Both the position numbers and the translations under genes were made by a program. Below are positions 7,622-13,578 of a DNA stretch of 13,578 nt, one piece after another; the stretch's first letter is position 1, and each line of letters opens with the position of its first letter. Source of the DNA: an uncultured bacterium (GTDB taxonomy: Bacteria > JAJVIF01 > JAPKYR01); the NCBI GenBank assembly GCA_965369865.1, contig CBDURU010000096.1, positions 1 through 13,578 on the forward strand. Reading direction: 5' to 3'. A model generated the notes under the pieces. The model was not told where the DNA came from and did not search any database. It was given only the letters and a program-made list of their open reading frames with translations.

Positions 7622-7847
7622 ATAACAGTAGCCCGACCGTGAGGGAGGGCACTATGCGACTGTCATGATCCGGTGCCCTCCCTTACGGGGCTGTTGAAAA
7701 AGTACTAAATCCCGTAGCGCAGGACGCCGGCCTGCAGTACCGCGGACGGCCCGTCCGCATGGGGAGCGGTATCGAAAGTTTTGATCGCTTGTGATTTTTC
7801 AGTGTGACTACTTTTTCAACAGCCCCTTACGGTCGGGCTACTGTTAT
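7622..7847. repeat. REP doublet (REPIN-like inverted pair) with its right arm interrupted by a MITE
   Basis: Left arm ATAACAGTAGCCCGACCGTGAGGGAGGGCAC (7622-7652), then a 20-bp spacer. The right arm is GTGCCCTCCCTTAC (7673-7686) plus GGTCGGGCTACTGTTAT (7831-7847). The rejoined right arm is a 30/31 reverse complement of the left arm. Confidence 0.88.
7687..7826. mobile_element. 140-bp non-autonomous IS derivative (MITE) with IS5/IS1182-like ends
   Basis: Perfect 18-bp terminal inverted repeats GGGGCTGTTGAAAAAGTA (7687-7704) and TACTTTTTCAACAGCCCC (7809-7826), flanked by TTAC direct repeats at 7683-7686 and 7827-7830. No coding capacity. The family assignment rests on recalled resemblance of the ends. 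Confidence 0.88.
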
Positions 7848-7962
7848 ACACCAATTTAAGCCGATTCCGTAATTTATTATCACTTTCCAGTCGCAAGCAT
7901 ACAGGATAATCACGACAATATTATGGGAGTTCCGACATAGACCTTTCGTATGTTGGTGTTTA

Positions 7963-7971
7963 TGTTAGAAT
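7963..7971 (+). promoter_or_regulatory. Putative extended -10 promoter for the galT-GH57 cluster
   Basis: TG-T-TAGAAT at 7963-7971, 38 bp upstream of the ATG at 8010. No good -35 element. SD GAGGGA at 7996-8001. Confidence 0.4.
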
Positions 7972-8009
7972 TATCACGCAGTACGATACAAAGTTGAGGG
8001 ACGCCATAA

Positions 8010-9035
8010 ATGCCAGAACTACGGAGAGACCCGGTGCTTGGCCGATGGGTGATAATCGCCACCGAGAGGGGTAAACGTCCAAGCGACCTTTCAATCAATG
8101 AAACTGAGGGCGACAAGGGCAATCCTGCCAACTGCCCTTTCTGCCCCGGAAATGAGGAGATGACCCCACCCGAGGTGGCATCCGTTCGAGCCGCGGGCAG
8201 TCAGCCGGACAGCTCCGGGTGGAAACTGAGGGTTATCCCCAACAAGTTCCCTGCATTGAGAATCGAAGGGCAGCTCGGACGTAAAGGTGTCGGGCTCTAT
8301 GATAAAATGAACGGTGTCGGCGCCCACGAGGTCGTTATCGAGAACCCGGATCATTACAAGGACCTCGATGCCAGGACTGTTGAAGAAAATTTCCCGATCT
8401 ACAGGGCGTACCGCGAACGGATTATCGATCTCTCGCGCGATGAACGTTTTGAATATATCCTGGTTTTCCGGAATTACGGAACACGGGCCGGGGCCAGCCT
8501 CGCGCATCCGCACTCCCAGATCATCGCGACGCCAATTATCCCCAAACGGGTGGTCGAAGAACTCCATGGCACCCAGCAGCATTACCGCCTTAAAAAACGG
8601 TGTCTTTTCTGCGACATCATCGATCAGGAACAGATGCAGGAAGACCGCGTTGTGCTGATGAGTAATCATTTCATCGCAATTTCCCCGTTCGCATCCGCCC
8701 AGCCGTTCGGAATCTGGATTCTTCCAACACGCCACCAGGCCGATTACACGCAGACATCCGATGATGAGCTCAGGGACCTCGCGGGGGTCATGGGCCGGCT
8801 GGTTGCCAAGTATAAAAAAACCCTTGGCGATGTTCATTACAATTACGTGATCCATACGACACCAAGTGAACATGCCCTCGAACAGGATTTTCCGTACGGG
8901 CATGCCCATTATCACTGGCATATAGAGATGTTCCCAAGGCTGACGAAAACCGCGGGATTTGAATGGGGCACGGGTTTCTACATCAACCCGACTACTCCCG
9001 AGGACGCTGCCCGGTATCTTAGAGAAGTTGTTTAA
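8010..9035 (+). CDS. galT: GalT-family hexose-1-phosphate nucleotidyltransferase (galactose-1-phosphate uridylyltransferase-like)
   Basis: 341 aa with N-terminal ELRRDPVLGRWVIIATERGKRP, CPFCPGNE, RVIPNKFPAL, GAHEVVIE, catalytic GASLAHPHSQ, a second CLFC, YHWHIE and AGFEWGTGFYINP. The family is secure; the substrate is not. Confidence 0.9.
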   Translation: MPELRRDPVLGRWVIIATERGKRPSDLSINETEGDKGNPANCPFCPGNEEMTPPEVASVRAAGSQPDSSGWKLRVIPNKFPALRIEGQLGRKGVGLYDKMNGVGAHEVVIENPDHYKDLDARTVEENFPIYRAYRERIIDLSRDERFEYILVFRNYGTRAGASLAHPHSQIIATPIIPKRVVEELHGTQQHYRLKKRCLFCDIIDQEQMQEDRVVLMSNHFIAISPFASAQPFGIWILPTRHQADYTQTSDDELRDLAGVMGRLVAKYKKTLGDVHYNYVIHTTPSEHALEQDFPYGHAHYHWHIEMFPRLTKTAGFEWGTGFYINPTTPEDAARYLREVV

Positions 9036-9129
9036 TTCAAATTTTACTAACAACTTAAAGAATTTTACCTCTAATTCCGCATTCCTTGAGTTTTAAGGGA
9101 GTTACGAGTGGGGTAATGAAGAGGGTTCA

Positions 9130-11319
9130 ATGTCGAAAGAAGTCAGACTCGCTTTAATCTGGCACATGCATCAACCGGACTACCGCGATCCTTCAACCGG
9201 TACGCATCTCCTCCCATGGACCAGGCTTCACGCCGCTCGTGGTTACATTGACGTTACAAAAGTATCCGAGCTTTACCCCTATTTCAAACAGACAATTAAT
9301 TTCAGCCCGATATTGCTGGATCAGATAACCGACCTGTCGGAAAATCCCGGAAAAGACCATTTCTTCGAACTCGCGCGTAAACACACTACCGACCTGAACG
9401 ACAGCGAAAAGGATTTTATTCTCAGGCACTGTTTCTTTATAAACTGGGACGTCCATGTAAAACCGAACCAGAGATACAACCAGCTCCTTTTAAAACGGGG
9501 AACCGATATTACCGGTATTGACCTCCAATACGTCAGGGCAAGATTCAGGCGTTCCGACATCCGCGACCTCATCGTCCTGTTTCTCCTCGCCTGGTGCGGG
9601 TTCACACTCAGGGAGGATCCTGAACTCCAGGCATTTATCGAAAAAGAGCAGGGATTTACCCACGAACATAAGCTGCTTATTCTCGACAAGCTCCAGGAGA
9701 ACCTGAAGGAAATCATCCCGCTGCAGGCACGAATTGAAAGTAAGGGCGGTATCGAATTAACATGCACGCCCTACTACCACCCGATCCTTCCTCTTTTAAT
9801 AGACAGCCGGGTCAGGCATGACACGCATCCGGATATTCCGGAATTCAGGTATCCCATGGATGCCCGCCGCCAGATTAAAATGGCCATTGAAAGCTTTGAG
9901 AATATGTTTGGCCACCGTCCCAATGGAATGTGGCCAAGCGAAGGCTCCGTAAGCCAGGATACGGTAGAACTGATCCAGGAGTCGGGGATCAAATGGATCG
10001 CAGCCGATGAAGCACTGCTCCATGAATCGTCTACCGGTACAAAGGTGCCTGAAAACGCGGACACCGTGGCGCCCTGGTTAATCGGTAAAGAGGGTTTACC
10101 ATCACTTACGTGTTGCTTCCGTAACCGAGGTTTGTCCGATGACATCGGGTTCCAGTATTCGTGGAAAAAACCTGGTGAGGCAGTGAGTGAACTGGTTGAA
10201 AATCTTGAAATTATCGCGAGTGGACACAACCAGAAAGGCCCACCGGCCCTCGTGACACTTGTATGCGATGGTGAAAATCCGTGGGAGCATTACCCGGACG
10301 GTGGTGAAGGTTTCCTGAAGGGTTTAGCCAGGGCATTGGAAAATAATAAATACGTTAAAACCACCACGCCCTCCGAATACCTTGAAGAATTCCCGGCTGA
10401 AAAACGTATTTATCAACTTGGCGCGGGAAGCTGGATCGGAGGGAATTTCGATATCTGGATCGGATGCCAGGAAGACCGGGACGCATGGCGAATACTCGCC
10501 GACGCCCGTGCGAAACTCGATGAGGTTTATCCACTCCCGGACGATGCTGAAGATGAAATCGGATCCGATAAGAGAAGGAAAGTCCTTGAGCAACTGTGGG
10601 TTGTGGAAAGTTCCGACTGGTTCTGGTGGTACGGAGAACCGTTCCATACCCCTCTGGATTATGTATTCGATATAATATTCCGAAGTCGGATCAGAAGAGC
10701 CTATGAGCTGATGGACCTTGATGTTCCGGTCGAAATCCTCGTCCCGGTCGATCCGAAACTCCCGGTCGACAACATCCATGTGAAATCCCCACTGGACGTG
10801 ATCCAGCCTTTAATCGATGGAATAATCACGACGTTCTATGAGTGGTCGGGGGCAGGACATCTCCACGCAAGCGACCTGGAAGGCCTTATGGCAAGGGAGA
10901 AATCCGGTCCTATTAAGGACGTTTACTTCAGCGCAAATCCGGAGAACCTTTATTTAAGAATCGATATCGACTGGGAGGATATCCAGGACACCGATGTTCT
11001 GATAATACGTGTTCTGAAACCGGATGAGATAAATATCGCCGTTGACCTTGCTGAAAACACGCAGGCCGACCTCAGGCTTTACCGTCTCGATCCCGAATCG
11101 AATCGATATCATATCGAAACTCATACATCCGGTGCGGTGGTTGATATTGTTGAACTTTGCGTACCGGTGGAATCTCTGGGCGCTTCGCAGAAATCCACAA
11201 TCAGCCTGGCCGTTTTTATCATGAGGGATAAGCAAAGAATCGACCGGTGTCCGCTTTTCGGGACGATTTCAGTCACTGTACCTGACGAAAGATACCTTGC
11301 AGGATTGTGGCGGGAGTAG
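9130..11319 (+). CDS. Glycoside hydrolase family 57 protein, amylopullulanase-like
   Basis: 729 aa with GH57 conserved regions WHMHQP, PYYHPILPLL, GMWPSEGSVS (nucleophile Glu), DGENPWEHY (acid/base Asp) and ESSDWFWWY, plus a C-terminal beta-rich domain. No signal peptide. Confidence 0.93.
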   Translation: MSKEVRLALIWHMHQPDYRDPSTGTHLLPWTRLHAARGYIDVTKVSELYPYFKQTINFSPILLDQITDLSENPGKDHFFELARKHTTDLNDSEKDFILRHCFFINWDVHVKPNQRYNQLLLKRGTDITGIDLQYVRARFRRSDIRDLIVLFLLAWCGFTLREDPELQAFIEKEQGFTHEHKLLILDKLQENLKEIIPLQARIESKGGIELTCTPYYHPILPLLIDSRVRHDTHPDIPEFRYPMDARRQIKMAIESFENMFGHRPNGMWPSEGSVSQDTVELIQESGIKWIAADEALLHESSTGTKVPENADTVAPWLIGKEGLPSLTCCFRNRGLSDDIGFQYSWKKPGEAVSELVENLEIIASGHNQKGPPALVTLVCDGENPWEHYPDGGEGFLKGLARALENNKYVKTTTPSEYLEEFPAEKRIYQLGAGSWIGGNFDIWIGCQEDRDAWRILADARAKLDEVYPLPDDAEDEIGSDKRRKVLEQLWVVESSDWFWWYGEPFHTPLDYVFDIIFRSRIRRAYELMDLDVPVEILVPVDPKLPVDNIHVKSPLDVIQPLIDGIITTFYEWSGAGHLHASDLEGLMAREKSGPIKDVYFSANPENLYLRIDIDWEDIQDTDVLIIRVLKPDEINIAVDLAENTQADLRLYRLDPESNRYHIETHTSGAVVDIVELCVPVESLGASQKSTISLAVFIMRDKQRIDRCPLFGTISVTVPDERYLAGLWRE

Positions 11320-11381
11320 CCAGCGAAATTTATCCCGGCATACTCCGTCCATATCCCATTGTTCCAGGGAAAGGAAATAAA

Positions 11382-13517
11382 ATGCTCCACCTTCACCTTG
11401 TCATACATAATCACCAGCCTCTCGGGAACCTGCCGGATGTTTTCCGAGAAGCATATGAAACCGCGTACAAACCCTTCCTGGATGTAGTCCGAAAACACCC
11501 GGGAATCAAGTGGGCGCTGCACTCATCAGGCTGCCTTTGGGAATGGCTGGAACAGGAAGAACCCGGATACATCGACATCCTGCAAGAGGAACATTCGGAT
11601 GGACGTCTCGAATTCATTTCCGGCGGAATGTGGGAACCTATCCAGCCGCTGATCGACGAGAAAGCCTGCAGGTTCCAGTTCAAACTAATGCGGGAGTTCC
11701 TTAAATCCCGGTTTGGTGTCGAACCATCAGGAAGCTGGACTACAGAACGAATCTGGGAACCGTCACTTGCAGGGCGATTGTCGGAGGCGGGTATCAGGTT
11801 TACTTTTCTCGACGACAGCCAGTTTCGTGCCGGGCTACCCTCCCCGGATGAACACCCGGTGTGGGGTTACTATCGAACAGAGCATAACGGACGGTCGATA
11901 GCGATTTTCCCCATCAATGAACATCTTCGCTATTTAATACCGTTCAGGAAAGCCAATGAGGTGGTCCGATACCTTGTTAAACTCTCTCATGCGCTTCCCG
12001 ACAAAGCATCGATCACGTATGGCGATGACGGCGAAAAATTCGGGATGTGGCCCGGAACGCACAAATGGGTCTACAAAGAAGGCTGGCTCGACAGGTTTTT
12101 GGGACTACTGGAGGATTCTGAATCAATAATAACAACACACCCGTCTGAATACCTGAAACTGGTGCCAAACCCAAGGCAGCGGGTTTATATCCCGACATCA
12201 AGCTACCGCGAGATGGGTGTATGGAACCTGTATCCGAAACGCAACCTCGCGACGGAGGAAATCCACAAGTGGGTCGAATCGAAACCACGCCTGAAAAGCA
12301 TCGAACCACCGCATGCCGAGGGACTCTTCCGGACCTTCCTCGCCCGGTATCCCGAAAGCCGTTTCATGCATGAACGGGTGCGTGAATTGATCTACACCAT
12401 TCTTGAAAATGACCCGGATGTAGAACCGTCCGACGATAAAAAGGCATCGTCACTTTCCAAAGCCCTGTGGCATGCGCTCAGGGCACAGTGTAATTGCGCA
12501 TACTGGCACGGCGTGTTTGGCGGTCTGTACCTTAATTACCTGCGATTCGGGGTCCTTCGAGAAATTCTGCACGCTGAAGGTGAACTCCAGAAAGCAAAAT
12601 TAAATATTCCGGTAATAAGGCGAATCGGGACAAACCATCCGGTTGCACCTGGCGGCGATCAAAATCCTGACGCTGAAAGCCCGGTACTGGTAGCTCTAAA
12701 GAACGTCCACTGGGTAATATGCCCGGAAACCGGGCAGGTTATCTCAGCCGGATCGATAGAAAAAAAAGTTGATGTAATCGATGTTCTCACCCGGAGACCC
12801 GAGGCGTATCACTCGACCATGGTAGAAGCAGACGATCCCCGTGCAGGGGAACAGCCTGAAAGCATCCATGACATGATTGAGGTCGCGCCCCCCGGATGGA
12901 GCGATGGACACGGCTACGACCATGCCCGCAGGGGGTGTTTCGCGGATCGTATCGTCTCGTTCCCGCCAAATACGGATCAGCTCGCGAATGTTGAGTACCG
13001 GGAGGAGCTTGGGCCATCTTCCGGATTCTGGAACAAACTTAAAACGAGGGATACCAGTGTATGGATTGCTAACGACGTTTTCCCGTGGCATCGCGAGAAA
13101 CTTTTCGAATTTGAAAATGATAGTCGGCTCTTAAAATTAAAATACATCCTGTCAAGGTACGGGACCTCTCACTTCTCCGGATATCTACTGTTTGAATTTA
13201 ACATCGGGCTTCTCTCCGGGGACGCCCATGACAGGTATCATTTGCTCCCTGGCGGTAAAAAGAAAAAATTATCAGCTAAGTTCGAGATCGAAAATTGCAA
13301 CCAAACCCGGGTTATGGATGAATGGACCGGGGCAGGGGTCAGGATATCAGTTCCGGACGCTGACTGGATGGGAGTTTACCCGGTAAAAACATTAAGCCGC
13401 AGTGAAAGCGGGCTTGAGATGACCTACCAGGGAACCTGTCTCGTATTCCGCATGCCTCTCGAACTCGATAATGGAAAAACAATTGAAATTAATTCCGAGA
13501 TGGAATTAATAAACTAG
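11382..13517 (+). CDS. GH57 alpha-amylase / 4-alpha-glucanotransferase (DUF1925/DUF1926-type architecture)
   Basis: Motifs HNHQPLGN, WTTERIWEP (nucleophile Glu), LRYLIPF, GDDGEKFGMWPGT (acid/base Asp), SYREM, AQCNCAYWHGVFGGLYL and SRSESGLEMTYQG. Start reassigned from the track's GTG at 11307 to the ATG at 11382 (SD AAAGGA at 11370-11375), giving 711 aa. Confidence 0.93.
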   Translation: MLHLHLVIHNHQPLGNLPDVFREAYETAYKPFLDVVRKHPGIKWALHSSGCLWEWLEQEEPGYIDILQEEHSDGRLEFISGGMWEPIQPLIDEKACRFQFKLMREFLKSRFGVEPSGSWTTERIWEPSLAGRLSEAGIRFTFLDDSQFRAGLPSPDEHPVWGYYRTEHNGRSIAIFPINEHLRYLIPFRKANEVVRYLVKLSHALPDKASITYGDDGEKFGMWPGTHKWVYKEGWLDRFLGLLEDSESIITTHPSEYLKLVPNPRQRVYIPTSSYREMGVWNLYPKRNLATEEIHKWVESKPRLKSIEPPHAEGLFRTFLARYPESRFMHERVRELIYTILENDPDVEPSDDKKASSLSKALWHALRAQCNCAYWHGVFGGLYLNYLRFGVLREILHAEGELQKAKLNIPVIRRIGTNHPVAPGGDQNPDAESPVLVALKNVHWVICPETGQVISAGSIEKKVDVIDVLTRRPEAYHSTMVEADDPRAGEQPESIHDMIEVAPPGWSDGHGYDHARRGCFADRIVSFPPNTDQLANVEYREELGPSSGFWNKLKTRDTSVWIANDVFPWHREKLFEFENDSRLLKLKYILSRYGTSHFSGYLLFEFNIGLLSGDAHDRYHLLPGGKKKKLSAKFEIENCNQTRVMDEWTGAGVRISVPDADWMGVYPVKTLSRSESGLEMTYQGTCLVFRMPLELDNGKTIEINSEMELIN

Positions 13518-13568
13518 CATCTGCGGATTAATTTACAGGTTTCCGGATGATTATGATTAAAGTGAGAA

Positions 13569-13578
13569 ATGAAAAAAC
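13569..13578 (+). CDS. Possible start of the next gene (MKK...), truncated by the window edge
   Basis: ATG AAA AAA lies 51 bp after the GH57 stop, with weak purine-rich GTGAG upstream. Only three codons are visible. Confidence 0.25.

Noticed and set aside
7620..7850. Structured ncRNA or riboswitch upstream of galT
   Set aside because: The symmetry is fully explained by a REP doublet plus a MITE with target duplication, and I recognise no riboswitch or tRNA consensus.
8091..9053. 320-aa minus-strand ORF
   Set aside because: It lies antisense to the well-supported galT-like gene and has no recognisable motifs; a shadow ORF.
9193..13386. Short overlapping ORFs within the two GH57 genes
   Set aside because: They are nested in long motif-bearing CDSs and have no independent support.
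13518..13550. Possible terminator after the second GH57 gene
   Set aside because: Only a weak interrupted stem with a long loop and no U-tract; the operon may continue beyond the window.

Overview
Bacterial (diderm) chromosomal window with two + strand gene clusters separated by a rearranged, repeat-rich junction. 383-6841 is a tightly coupled efflux operon: TetR regulator, TolC-family outer-membrane factor, lipoprotein membrane-fusion protein and AcrB/MdtBC-type RND permease. A probable palindromic TetR operator and a cluster of REP-like palindromes lie upstream. 8010-13517 is a cytoplasmic alpha-glucan cluster: a GalT-like HPH nucleotidyltransferase and two GH57 enzymes (amylopullulanase-like and 4-alpha-glucanotransferase-like). 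The junction (6834-7850) is the most unusual part. It holds an AT-richer convergent membrane-protein gene and an orphan in-frame 3' end of a second RND gene, absent from the ORF track and diverged almost only at synonymous sites. It also holds a REP doublet whose right arm is split by a 140-bp MITE with perfect 18-bp terminal inverted repeats and a TTAC target duplication, and the MITE itself contains REP-like hairpins. I see no rRNA, tRNA, CRISPR array or transposase gene. All counts are by hand and no database searches were run.
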